Assembly (NCBI GenBank): GCA_977017575.1
Contig: CDRNVI010000054.1
Coordinates: 248,001-312,000, forward strand
From: Paramoeba atlantica
Lineage: Eukaryota; Protista; Discosea
Length of the DNA: 64,000 nucleotides
Direction: 5' to 3'
The notes under the pieces are model-generated. The model ran no database searches. It worked only from the letters and a program-made list of their open reading frames with translations, and was not told the origin of the DNA. This document shows positions 23,609 to 35,900 of this stretch, one piece after another. Every line of letters begins with the position of its first letter. Within the stretch, counting starts at the first letter, position 1. The translations under genes were made by a program, and so were the position numbers.

Positions 23609-25045
23609 ATGACTTACAAAGTTATTTCTGAGACATTCTGTTTTCAATTTACTTTTCATTCCATTTCTAAGGAAGTATACCTATACTATATTTCTAAGAC
23701 ATTTTCAATATCTCTGGAAGTATTTTCCCAGTTCTCGTTTATGAATGATTGCCTGTTACTTCGTCTCTGCTACGGGTCCGACGTGTCTGTGAATTTAGAG
23801 CGTGGACGCCCTGGTAGAGTTCGAAGCGGGATAAACTTACCACAGGAACATGAGCTCGTACGGCTTTTCGAAAACATAGACAAATCGCATCACTCGTGGA
23901 AGGCATCAACATGGGCGTGCCGGTGGACGGGTGTGACCTGCCAGTATGGCAAGAGCGTCTCGAGCATACACATCGAATATTGGAAGTTGAAGTGGTCGCT
24001 CAATTTTGATTGGCTACCCCGCACATTGCAGACGATTATCTTTGCAAGAAATGAATTGAACGGTACTGTACCTCTAGACTCGCTGCCACATGAACTTGTG
24101 ACTCTTAATCTCGAGGAGAACAGATTTTCTGGAAAGTTGGAATTAGCGCATTTACCGCAAACATTAATAACACACAACAGGGGACGCACTTCGCACTCTT
24201 CACCCCTCCCCGGCTCGCTCTCTTCGAGTGAGCTTTCTTCCCTCCCCGGCTCTCTCCTTCTCGTGCTTTCTTCTCCCGGGAGCTATGCGCCATGGTGGCC
24301 TCCCTTGAGGACCACTGGGCGTGCTACAGCGGGAGGACACGTTGTATGCGTGTATAGGGGATGCGAACTTGCACCCCTCTCTCCCTACATGCTGTAGCGA
24401 GTGCGGCGGTAACGGACCTCCCCATGATGCATCATGATCCACGATAGACCATCTGACAGCATGAACCCACGGCTTGACCGTGTTGCAGCATGAACCATGG
24501 CTATACGTGCTGTAGCATGACCGATGGGCGTCTCGTCTCCTACCTCGCACTCCACTCTCTGTGTGACACCCGCCGTATGCGGGTCATGCGCCGATGGTAT
24601 CGGCCGTCACACAGAGAGACGTATCTCTGCGCCACGAGCGTATGATCATAACCTAGGTTGTAATTTGTTTGAAGGAAACGTCGACCTTACTCACTTGCCA
24701 TCGGAAATGGAAAATTTGAAGCTAAACAACAATCTGCTTTTTGGCGCTGTTGATCTTTCTTGTTTGCCCCATAGAATGTTCAATTTGCATTTATCAGACA
24801 ACTCATTCACCGGACGGCTCAAGTTGGATAGCTTGCCTGAAACATTGGAAACGCTGCATTGTAAAAACAATTGTTTTTCTGGCGAGGTCTGTTTTGATAA
24901 TCTTCCCCCTAGAATCACAGTCATCCATCTTTTCGGTAATCCTGAGCTTGAAGGTGTCCTTGACAAATCGATTATGCCCCAGAAATTATTCACAGTAAGC
25001 GTGGAAGAGACAAATATTGACTCAACGCTATTTGTACATCAGTAG
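23609..25045 (+). pseudogene. LRR protein (family member 3) interrupted by a 474-bp insertion (24179-24652)
   Basis: LPQEHEL and ACRWTGVTC cap with LRRs up to LPQTLITHN; LRRs resume in the same frame at (HN)LGCNLFEG; the insert carries an in-frame TAG at 24395-24397. Confidence 0.8.
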
Positions 25046-25241
25046 TGGGATATTACGATTTGCGTGGAACAGGTTGTGATCCAACAGGTTGTGATCCAAC
25101 GATTTGCGTGGAACAGGTTGTAGGGGGACGGAAATATAATTTCAACAGAATCGGAGTTCTATATATTTTCGTTGTGATCATTTTACACAGAGGCGTGGGA
25201 AGACATGTGGCCTTTGCCGATCATTGGTCTGGTATAAAGTA

Positions 25242-26598
25242 TTGCGGTGGTTGTATAACTACCGCTCTACCCTCGATTATTGCAAAACAAGTGAACAAAA
25301 ACAGTGAAAATATAAAGAGAAACACAGTAATATAATAGAAGAAAAAAATAAAAGGGGGCTCCGGTGGTCCAAAAATGAAAAACAAAATTGAAAAAAATGG
25401 GGGGTCTAGGGGTGGGGTCCATGGGGGGGTATACGTAAAATTTTTTTTTCGAATATTTTGCTTTTCGAAATCGAGCGCAGGAAAGTGGTAGAGTAGGCCG
25501 CGGCGATAATTTTCCACCCCCCCTGGTACGCTCAGGAGGGTTCCGACAAGGTCAAAATTTCCGAAATTTTTGGGGTGACCAAAAATAATTGTTTTTGGCC
25601 ATAAAAAAAAAAGTAAAAATTTATTTTTCCAAAATCGACTCCTAAAACGTATTTTAAGAGTTTTGGACCTCAGTTACCGTGAAAACATTAATTAAGAATT
25701 TTAGGCTCTTCGTTAAACGCGGCGGTTGCTTTCAACTTAGAAGTTACTCATGCTGCGCGCTTCGCGTTGAAAACTACCACCGCGTTTAGCGAAGAGCCTA
25801 AAAAAGAAAATTTAGCCTGGAAAACGGAAAGATTATAGCCAAAAGTAGCCGAATTTCGGGTACAAATGGGGTCATTTTCGCATATTTTTGCTCTCAGAGC
25901 ACTAAATCCGACATTTGCGCGTGGGAAATCACTCGCAGGCATGATTGAAAGCCTACCGAACGTATTGGGTAGAGAATGCGACTCCAACCATACCATTCTT
26001 TCGACACAAAAATGCCCTTTTAGTTCCGAAAAATACTTTTTCACCTTTTTTAGTCAAAAATGGGTCATTTTGAGGGGCGCATCACGGTTAGAAGAAGTGA
26101 TACCTTGCGAAAACAACTGCGTAGAAAGCTAGTGTAGGCCCCAAACTATCAAAATACAATAGGGGAAACGATTTTGGAAAAATAGTTTTTTTGTCATTTT
26201 TTTCGCCAAGTTGAATTTTTTTTCAAATTTTTTTTTCCGAAAAAATCCGAACTTGGCGGACCCGTCCTGCGGATACGCGGGGGGGTCACCCCCGGGTAGG
26301 GGGGTGGAAAATGCGCGCCAAGACCCCGGCTACCCTTTCTGCGGTTTTTTTTCGAAAACTAATTTTTTCGAAAAAAATTGCTCGACCATGCCCCCCCCCC
26401 TGGACCCCCCCCCCCTGGACCCCCCCCTGGACCCCCCATTTTTTTCAAATTTTTTTTTCAGTTTTGGACCACCGGAGCCCCCTTTTATATTTTTTTCTTC
26501 TATTATATTACTGTGTTCCTCTTTATATTTTCTCAGTTTTTTTGTTCACTTTTTTTTCAATAATCGAGTGTAGAGCGGTAGTTTTACAACCACCGCAA
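25242..26598. mobile_element. Non-coding TIR element (about 190-bp TIRs, TA on both sides) containing hairpin H2
   Basis: 25242-25430 is the reverse complement of about 26410-26598 (TTGCGGTGGTTGT..AACTACCGCTCTAC...GGTCCAAAA...GGGGGGTCCA); TA at 25240-41 and 26599-600. Confidence 0.75.
25704..25798. repeat. 95-bp palindromic element, copy H2
   Basis: GGCTCTTCGTTAAACGCGG...CGCGTTTAGCGAAGAGCC, TA-flanked. Confidence 0.9.
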
Positions 26599-27030
26599 TA
26601 ACATAAATTAAGGTAACTTTTTTTGGCACATAATTATTGCCTTAATTTCTGGTACCTTAATTATTGGTACCTTAATTAGAGGGGTGGATCGCCAAAATTA
26701 CAATTACTTGGCGCACCCGGCCGCACCAAGCCGCACCCGCTAAAGCTAAGCTGTTTCAATGGACGAAAACACTTGACGATTTTTTTGACACCTGAGCGTC
26801 CGCTTTGAGTCCATATGGTCTGAACTTTTTTTAAGTTTTTGACATGTTGCTTTCCTTTTGTCATCACGTCACAAGCCGAGAGGGAAGCAAACTCACTCCA
26901 GGAGAGTGAGCCGGGGAGGGATGAAGGGGTAAAGCATCGACAAGAGGAAAAGTCCAGAAAATTCACTCCAATCTCGACCTGAACACCCCTCTTCAGCAGC
27001 ACGTCCCCATTGACGTCGACAACTTTGTAA

Positions 27031-27480
27031 GTGAACCTAGCGAAGCGCAAGGGCCAAGTGGCGGCTCACCCGACGCACCGCTCTCTCAATAGCTTGAGAT
27101 GTGCTTTCATCGAAATGAGCGGCGGTTGTCTCATAATTCCTCGTTTTCGTCTGCGCGCCCTTCTATATTACGGTGGCTACTCCTTCGAAGCCAAAGCACC
27201 AAACTTAGCTCTGTCACAACGCCAAATGAATGCACGAGTCGCTTTCTGTCTCGCAATGCTAAAAGAGAATGCAACTACAAACGGCGTATTTTTCGGTCTG
27301 CTGGTGCTTTCCGACGAATCTTGGATGGAGGCAGGGGATTTTTCAAGAGGGGCGTGGCAAAGCGAAACTGACATTGTTTACAAATTAAGAACGCATCATT
27401 CGACAAAAATAATGATTTGGGGGGCCATTGCAGGCAACAGGCATGTTTTTTATCATTGGTGGATTTTACGAAATTTCTAG
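27031..27480 (+). pseudogene. Truncated Tc1-family transposase fragment
   Basis: LSQRQMNARVAFC...VLSDES...IMIWGAI are Tc1/Tc3 motifs (FSDES, MVWG); stops before the second catalytic Asp. Confidence 0.7.
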
Positions 27481-27694
27481 ACGAATTTTTCATCTACCGG
27501 AAACGAATTTTACGAAATTAAAGAACGAAGAAGCAATCCACTAGCTAGCTCGCCGCTTAAACTCAAAGTGACTCACTCATGAGCATTCAAACTAGCCAAA
27601 TGACTTGCGAACCTACAAACTAGCTTACTATAAAGCATCTAGATACACGTTCTTCGAGTTTAGTTATATAAGTAGTACGTTGTCATATAGGGTA

Positions 27695-30490
27695 GGGGGG
27701 ACCTTCGATGAAGCTTCATCGAAGGTGTTTTTGATTTTTTATTTATTTTTTCAAATCTTCACGGAAAGGGTTTTCGCGGATCCGTATAGACATTTTGACT
27801 TTTTTGGTGCTTCATCGTAGTGTTTTGTGAAGGCTCGTATAGGAATTTCACCGTTTTTTCAGTTTATCTTCATCGAAGCGTTTTTGACTGATCAATATAC
27901 ATATTTTGAGCGACAATCCTGCGGAAGGGGTAAACACAGGTTCTCGGTGCGCGACCCGCGCGCTCCAGCGCGCGTGTCGCCGAAAAATATTATTATGTCC
28001 CAGGGCTACGCTCACAGTTGGGCCTTGCTCGCAAACGGGGGCTTTTGCCTCCAGATGAGGGCTACAGAAACTGAATCTTTGTCTGGAGAAGGATTCAATC
28101 CTTGCATGCAGTAATTTTCGGCGCCCAAAACTAGTTTTTTCTATTTTTTTTTCATTTTTTCTTGGTTCTATTTTAGCCAGTCAGATTCAGCTCTGAGTCC
28201 CAGCAAACTATGTACATATGAGTTCGTTATGTACAAAAAAAGGAAATATTAATTGTCTTCCATTGTAATACTGTCAGTCTAACTTGAAACGAAATCATCT
28301 TCGCTTATGTAATCTGACGGACAACTACTCAAACTGACACTGTCCTCAAAATCATCTACATCACTTCCGTAATATTCCAGGAAGCACGTGAAAAGGTTTG
28401 CCATGCGAACTTGCCACGCGGTCTCTCGCCCGTTGTGGACGTCCCCCAACTTCGCACACTGAAGGGCCACATTTCGCATCAATTCCAAGGACGTGGCACC
28501 AAAATTGTAGTGCTGTTTCCGCACCCAGTCCTTTATGATGCGATGTGACCCTTCAGCGGTGTTCGTGTGGTACCCTTGGGAGTTCACAAACTCCACGCTG
28601 TGATTCACAGCGTGGTGGCGACAAAAGTCACCCAGTGTGGTGTACGCCCCCCAACAGTCGCTAACCACGACAGCCCTCGCACTTGTCAAGTGAGGAAGAA
28701 TAAAGTTATGAAGAGTTTCCGTATCTCTTCGTTTCACTAGCTTCCAATGGGTTCTTCCCATTTCTTGACCTCGAATCTCGGTAACTGTCGCAAACCACCA
28801 CCCCCGTTTGCGCTGTCGCCTCCCCCGCTGATATTTCCGTTTCCTTATAAAGGTTTCATCAACCTGAATTCGGGAAAATTCATATTGATCCATCTGCTCT
28901 TGAGCAAGGGCTGCATCCGCCGCGGAGCGTAGAACCTCCTGCACAGTTCTGCGACCCACCCCTCTATTGTGACAAATCTGGCCGGTACACATCTGATTCG
29001 CGATGTCGGCCCAGATGAGTAGTAGAATACTTGGAGTGGGATGGCTGCGCATCGAAATGTAAGGTTCAAATTTGCCTTTCTTGATTCTGCAGGCATTTCG
29101 AGAGCCAGACTCTCGGTGGTTACAGATTTGTATGTGGGACTTTCCAGGAACGTCCACCATACAGGGGGGTAAATCAGATGCTGCGGGGGGTGTAAAAATT
29201 GCAAAACCTTTCCAATGGAAAATCCAATTGGAAAATGATAGCGCATTAGAGAGCTCTCGCAGAGTTCTATGTTTTAGAAAAGGCAGTTTCCCGGGGTATA
29301 GGGGGATGTTCAACTGACAAGAAGCCCAAAAACGTCAAAACATAAAAATTGTGAGAAGGGTTTTAGATGACTAATAATTACAACTTTCTCCTATTTTTTC
29401 TACTACTATGTCGAAACGCCGCGGCACGCTGTTTAAAGTTAATGAGCATTTCGTGACCATCTGTTTTAATGTAATCAACCGCTCTTTCAATAGAAAACAA
29501 GAGTTCAGTCCTATTTTCTGGATCTGTACCTTTTTTAATAAAGGCATCCATAATTTCCCAATTGTTTTCAATGGGGTTAAGATCTGGGGATTTTTGGGGG
29601 AAAGTCCAAAACAACGAGATCTATCGGAGAGAGATCCTTTGTTCTGCGTAGAACGGGATCGCTTTCGCGGCATAAAACTGCGACGAAATGGAGAAAAAAC
29701 GAAACAATGAGCAAATTTGGGAAAAACTGCAAATTTTAGAGTGGCAAAAAAACTTTAAAAGAAATGCCATAAACACAATTGCTTTCTTTTTGGGTGAAAA
29801 TAGCGCAAAAACATAGAACTCTGCGAGAGCTCTCGAATGCGCTATCATTTTCCAAAATTAGAAGGGTTTTGCAATTTTTAGACCCCCTGCAGCATCTGAT
29901 TTACCCCCCTGTATGCGCAACACCGTGCTTAGGACAAGAGGAGAAAGAAAGGGAGGACAAGGGAGACCTCTAGGACAAGGGAGAAAGAAAACCATGGTTT
30001 CGCATCCAACTCTCGGCGTCCGCACCAAGGAGGATATCTGCGACACTGCGCCAACGCTTCACGCAGTTGAACGCAGGACACTGAGTACAAACCGGACGTA
30101 AAGGTACGTCACGCCAGAGCGCAGGATTCAGAAGGCGGGGGTCTTGAACTGTGGCTGGGGCGTCCCCAAGTGGGCCACGCCTATGCTCTCGGTAAGTCGC
30201 CGCCTCGAGAAGAGCAACAAAACTGCGGAGCATGGCGTCCGGGTTTCCGTTAAGGGGATCTTGTTGGTTAGTGATTAAAAAATGTGAAAGAAAACGGAAA
30301 GTCAGAATTCAGACAAAAAAACAAAAAATTATTGAATTTAAAATGAAATTATATGTTTCATGCAACGTGTTTTCAACTGCCAATGGAAAAATTCGTTCGA
30401 AAACAAAAAGTTAAAAAAAGTCAAAAAAAGTGAAAAACACCTTCGATGAAGATTCATCGAAAGTTGTACACTTTCGATGTGCTTCATTGA
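27695..30490 (-). mobile_element. Merlin/IS1595-like transposon 1, interrupted by a Tc1 derivative (ends approximate)
   Basis: Transposase 28279-29160 has IQVDETF, VVSDCWGAY, HAVNHSVEFV...HTNTAEG; N-terminal part at 29914-30233. Inverted termini (C/T)TTCGATGAA(G/T)CTTCATCGAAGGTGTTTTT near 27701 and 30463. Confidence 0.85.
29162..29911 (-). mobile_element. Internally deleted Tc1 element (750 bp)
   Basis: About 110-bp TIRs beginning CAGGGGGGTAAATCAGATGCTGC, TA TSD (29160-61 and 29912-13); minus strand joins MPRKRSRS to FWTFPQKSPDLNPIENNW. Confidence 0.9.
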
Positions 30491-30494
30491 ATTT

Positions 30495-31043
30495 AACTTC
30501 GTTAAACGCGGTGGTTGTTTTCAACTTAGAAGTCACTCATGCTTCGTGCTTCGAGTTGAAAACTACCTTTGCATTTATTGAAGCGACTAAAAATGAAAAA
30601 ATGCCAAAAAGATCACGTCGTTGTTTTCACCAGATACGCCTTCTTGGAGCCGTGGTGCGCCCCACAAAATGACCAGTTTTTGACTGAAAAATGTGAAAAA
30701 GGATTTTTCGAACCCAAAGGGGTCTTTTTGTGTCGGAAGAATGGTGTGATTAAAGTCGCATTCTCTACCCATTACGTTATGTAGCCTTGAATTCATGCGT
30801 ACGAGTGATTTCCCACACGCAAATGTCAGACTCGGTGCTCTGAGAGCAAAAATACGCAAAGATGACCCTATTTTTGCCCAAAAATCGGCTATTTTTGGCT
30901 ACAATCCTTCCGGTTTCTCCAGCTTTCGAATCCAGTTTTTCTGTTTTAGGCACTTCGTTACACGCAGTGGTAATTTTCAACGCGAAGAGCGTTGCATGAG
31001 TGACTTCTAAGTTGAAAACAACCACCGCGTTTAACGGAGAGCC
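30495..31043. mobile_element. Composite element bracketed by two 95-bp hairpins (H3 about 30495-30588, H4 30949-31043)
   Basis: Both ends carry the hairpin; the interior is homologous to 25800-26130 and 41970-42330. Confidence 0.7.
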
Positions 31044-31648
31044 TAAAACTTGATAAAAAACAAAAGAAAAGTAAACGCGTATACAGTCTGCGTCATATTG
31101 ACCCCCCCCCCTCTATGAAATCTAAATCAATTGTTTTCTACGTTTTGCCGATTTTTACAAGATTCGAGAGCTCTACGTTACCTACGTACCTGTATCTCTC
31201 CATAATTCCAGGCGGGAGCTGCCGAATACAACAAAAAAGTTAGCCATGGACTCATTTCACAAATTGTAGTGTACCCCCCTGTACCTCAATGCGATTATTT
31301 TCTGGAACATTGTCATCAATACCTTCCAAGCTATGATTCCTAGATATTCCAAGCTATGATTCTTGCGTATTTGAACGGAGATTCGACGATGTTGCCACCT
31401 GTTGCACCATTTCGAGTGAATCTTTCGGCGTATTGACTAATTTGTGCCAGGTATTCGTTGTCTCTGATCACTTTGACGACTTATTTTTGTTTACAAACAG
31501 GTAAATCTAGCTGTCTTTGTAAAGGAAAATACCTAAAATTAAATTAATTTCCATTCATTAATGAATTTGCGTTCATTCAAATGCACAGGTCTTGATTAGT
31601 CTTTTACGTTAAATAAATATAGATTTTTATTTACATTTATTATACGCT

Positions 31649-32119
31649 ATGAATGTCAATGAACGAAAGCCTAGTTCGAGTTCAACCATGACAGATGTTT
31701 CACATTTTACTAAAGCTAAAAAGCCTAATTCAGTTGCTGGGGCAACTGTCGCATCTACCTCGGCGGATCAACTTCCGGTCCCCCCCAATAGCTCTCGTAA
31801 ACAATTCGAGAAAGTGATGTTCGGACCCCAGGGCCTTCGTGCATTGAGAAACACTGCGAATCCCCCACGGCTTGAAGGTGCGAGTGGAAGTGAACTAAAG
31901 GATTTATCCGCACTGGTAGAATTCTACCATGAGACTTTCCATCGGTTGTTTCCTAGGATACCACTTCGAGATGTTCTCCACCACGCACGCCACTCTAAAT
32001 TAGGGTTTCGCCATTTGATGTCCTTAGAGCTAGATGGTGAACGGACGCAATCAGCAGATTCTGCTCTTCCTGAAGTGCACCTGGAGGATGAGAACCATGA
32101 GCGGATGAGAGATTTTTGA
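31649..32119 (+). CDS. TIPIN: Tipin/Csm3/Swi3 replication fork protection subunit
   Basis: GPQGLRAL...GASGSELKDLSALVEFYHETFHRLFPRIPLRDVL fits the Swi3 domain consensus (G..L...G.E..DL..LL..Y..W.H.LFP...D). Confidence 0.65.
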   Translation: MNVNERKPSSSSTMTDVSHFTKAKKPNSVAGATVASTSADQLPVPPNSSRKQFEKVMFGPQGLRALRNTANPPRLEGASGSELKDLSALVEFYHETFHRLFPRIPLRDVLHHARHSKLGFRHLMSLELDGERTQSADSALPEVHLEDENHERMRDF

Positions 32120-32297
32120 CCACATTTTAGAAGCTAATACAGTTAATGCAGTTGTAAAGTTAATGCAGTTATAAAGTATTTTATGAATTTATATTTCAGG
32201 GAAATTTATATTCTAGGGATATTTGAGGGGCTACGAGTGGCAACGTTTCACGAGGTATCACCTGCAGCCCCCCATATTCTTATGTTTCATTATTATA

Positions 32298-32772
32298 CAA
32301 GGGTGTAAATTTGGATGTGGGGGGGTCTAAAATTTGTAAAACTTGGCCAATTTTGGAAAAAAATAGCGCATTCCAGAGCTCTCGAACTGGGCTCATGAAC
32401 ATGCGTGCATGGCATCTGCGTTAATTAGATTTTCGAGTGAACGTAAAAATTAGTTTTTTTGGGAGGTAAAATTTTGCATTTTTCACAGTTTTTCTGATTT
32501 CTCCCCTGATTCATGCTACAAAGACGGGGTTGTGGGCGATCACCTGAACGCAAAGACTACGAAAGGGCTTATTCTTCGCCTGGCCACGTAAAATCCAGTT
32601 GGTGCATGGTTCTTGTTGCCGATTACGAAACTTTGTCTAGGGGGCAATACCCCCTTGTGCCTAGTTCGGCCTTGTTACGTTCATGAGCTCTGTTCGAGAG
32701 CTCTCGAATGCGCTATTATTTTCCAAAATTTTCCAAAATTTAGACCCCCCCATATCCAAATTTACACCCCTG
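32298..32772. mobile_element. Tc1-family MITE (475 bp)
   Basis: TIRs CA(A/G)GGGTGTAAATTTGGAT(G/A)TGGGGGGGTCTAAA plus inner TAGCGCATT.(C/G)AGAGCTCTCGAAC; TA TSD at 32296-97 and 32773-74. Confidence 0.9.
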
Positions 32773-32945
32773 TATAATGTTCTAAAAGTATACAATCTTT
32801 TTCCTGTTTCTAGCGGGTTCTAAAACATTTTTCCTATTTCTAGCGAGTTTTAATAAAATTATAAGTTTGATACAAATACTTCATTAATAAAGTTTGTGGT
32901 CACTATTATCTAGTTATACCCTCATTAAAGAACTCCATTACTAGC

Positions 32946-35900
32946 ATGAATGTAACCACTTTAAGGGACTTGATCCCTATTCTCCGAAAGCGCGAATCAA
33001 GAGCCCATGGGTTGCGGATTTTACAAGAATTTCAGAAGCATATTCAAAGGGAAGGAGGCAAAAGTCTTGAACCCTGGAAGTCGCAGAGTTCCGAAACAGA
33101 TAAATTTGTGTTACTAGTATTAAACGATGTGTGTGATTTACTTGATAGTGCATCGCAGGACGAACTTTTAACACTTTCTACTTTTCTGCACGCTTTGATT
33201 TCGCTTTTTTCAAAGAATATGGGATTGCAAGCCATGATGCTTCTATCTTTCGCGTTACGAGAATTCGTTTCTTCAGACGAGACATCCATCTTGATTTTGG
33301 GAGTGAAGTGTTTCAGTTTGACCTATTGCACATTATTCCGCGTGTTACTCCACAATTCTAGTTTAAGCTCTTTTGCACAACCTGTTTGGACCGAATTTCA
33401 AAATCTTCATCAAGAAGTATCTCGTTTGATGTCTACAACAAATAGCAGAGAAATTCAAATGGCTTGTATTGAATATTGTGTGACACTCTTACAGAGTTTA
33501 TTGGAATGTGACCAGACTTCTCCTCAAGTTTCGTGCGAAAACTTGAAATATACGTTTTGTGTCTATCCGCCTGTCGCCTCTGCCAACATGCAGACTCCAG
33601 CATTTGAATTGCGTCACAACGTTTTATCTGCTGAGAGTTATGCTGAAACGTACGAAGATCTTTTGTATGGGATATGGCTACTGATTCTAAGGCAAGGGCA
33701 AGCGCAACAAGTTATTAGCGCAGCACTGGATGCGTTTCGTCTTTTGTACGTCACACGACCAATGACAAGACGATTCGTAACTTATGTAACTCTTCATTTA
33801 GAGCGTATTTTACATGATGCTAGCAATGATCAACAATTGCCTGGACTTAATTTTATAACCACCTCCGAAGCTTGGAAAAGCCTTATGCAGCAATGTAATA
33901 GAGATAAGGACGAACTCATGGCAGCGAAGCATTTGATTGATGAATTTTACCTTTGTTTACATGCAGGACAAACCAACAATGTGGCACACAAGTACATTGA
34001 GCTCCTTCCATTTCACACCTTGGTGAATGATTCGCTGAAGAAACTGTACTTAAAAATGTCTGAGAAAACGTCCCATGGTCAAGTCGAATTAAAAGAGATG
34101 AAAGCCATCATACACCAGCCCGCCCCTTCTTCCCTATCGGATGTGCCGTTGGGTCAGAGACTTGACTTTCTTCCTGCTACCAAAGGTCGGGCTGACGAGC
34201 TCGCACACACACAAATGGCCACCTCGGCGGCTCGTCACCAAGTGTCCCACCTTCTCACCGAAGAGATGCTCCAAGGCTATACTGAACTTCGTGGAGCAGA
34301 GGAGCAGGAGCGTGCCGGCGCACTGTTCTCCCGCATGTTGCTCCACTGCGGCGAACCCTTCACGAGTTTATTGTTGGATAAGCTCTTTGGTCGTCTGCAC
34401 GATGCATTTTCCCTTTATTGGGGTCTAGCTGTGCAAATCCTCTACACGTTGTACGGAGCACAGTGTCCTATTCTCGATGTTCGCAACGTACCCGTGGAAG
34501 CTCAATTCATAGTGGATGAGGGTATTGAAGTTGTTGAGAATGACGCAGAGCACTCTTTGCCAGGTGAGAGTATAAAACAGGAACCATTTTCAGATGGGCA
34601 CGGTGAACCCACGCAGTCCGGGGCATCCTACAGTCAGTATCACACGGGGGGATTATCCTTTCTGTATGAAACTCAACAACCCACGCTCCACGATTTGTTT
34701 TTGGTTCGGTTCATGTGGTGTTCGTTGGAGATATCTACATCCTCCGCGACGCCAAAGTTGCCTGAGACCTACGGCTCTTCTCTTCTCTCTTCTGTGCTCC
34801 TGTGCTCTCCAGCCATCACGCCCTTTGCATGGAAATTTTTTCACCAACACATTTGTGAGGCGTTGTCGCCCTCAAGTGCGGCGTCGGAATCCGCAGGAGT
34901 AGCGAAAGACAGAAACATTGCATTGCTCCGTCTTCGTACTGCCTCAGGACTTCGTGCGCTGTATGAGTTAATGAGGCATCGAGGACCGTATCGATTAAAG
35001 TCGCTGCAGTTGCTTCTGCACTATGCTATGTCCGAGATTGAGCCCCTGCGTATAGGTGCGGTGAAACTTCTTGCTCGTCACGTGTGGAACGACCCGGTAC
35101 TCGGAAGTTTATCGCCCTTGAACAATGGAGACGAGAACTGTCCTACGAGATGCAGTCTTGCGAGCATGATCGTAAATCATGCGAAACAGAGTTTCCGTAA
35201 CCTTTTATCACCCATGCCTGAAATGTCTATGGGCATGGAGAACTCAGAAGAAAAGGCGGTGAAGGATAAATTACGGGGAAAAATTGCATGTTTTTGCGCT
35301 CTACTTTTTGAGCTCTGTAAAGGAGATACTTCATACCTTGCGGAGATTTTTGAGGTAGGAGGTGAACTACATACTCGTGGAGCTGCCCTTGTGGAGGAAA
35401 CCTTTCTTGATCTTCCAGAGCTTGCGCAACTGTTTGCAGTATACGCATCCGAGACAGGATGGTACACTTTTCTTCTGCTTGCACCCGAGAGCTCCAGCCG
35501 CCTTATCCAGCGCGTGGTGGATATTATGGCAACTGCCCTCCGCAACACATTCCGGAAAGAAAAGCAGTCCACCGAAACCCCTCCACGAACTGTCGTTCCC
35601 GCCTCCCTTCCCATCTCCCTCCTCGTCGCGATCTGTACCCAACTCCACACCCGTCACCACCACGACATTCACTACCTCCTTCCCCTCCTCCCCTTCCTCC
35701 CCCCCTCCCTCCTTCGCTCCACCTACCTCCCCCAGCTCCCCCCCCTCGCCACCTCCCACCCCTCTGCCTTCTCCCGGGCGCTCCGTGACCTTCTCCTCCC
35801 GGTCGCCGAGACCTCCCGCCCGGTGTTCTCCCCCGAAGAGCTTCTCCTGCTGCTTCACACTCCTGAGGTTATCCCCCCAGCGGGTTCCCTCACCACTGCC

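Noticed and set aside
24179-24652. Canonical spliceosomal intron in LRR3
   Set aside because: No GT...AG boundaries in any register that restores the LRR; the sequence has a homologue elsewhere, favouring a mobile insertion.
25056-25121. 22-bp direct repeats with internal GATCCAACAGGTTGT duplication after the LRR3 stop
   Set aside because: Consistent with local slippage or repair; single occurrence and no evidence of function.
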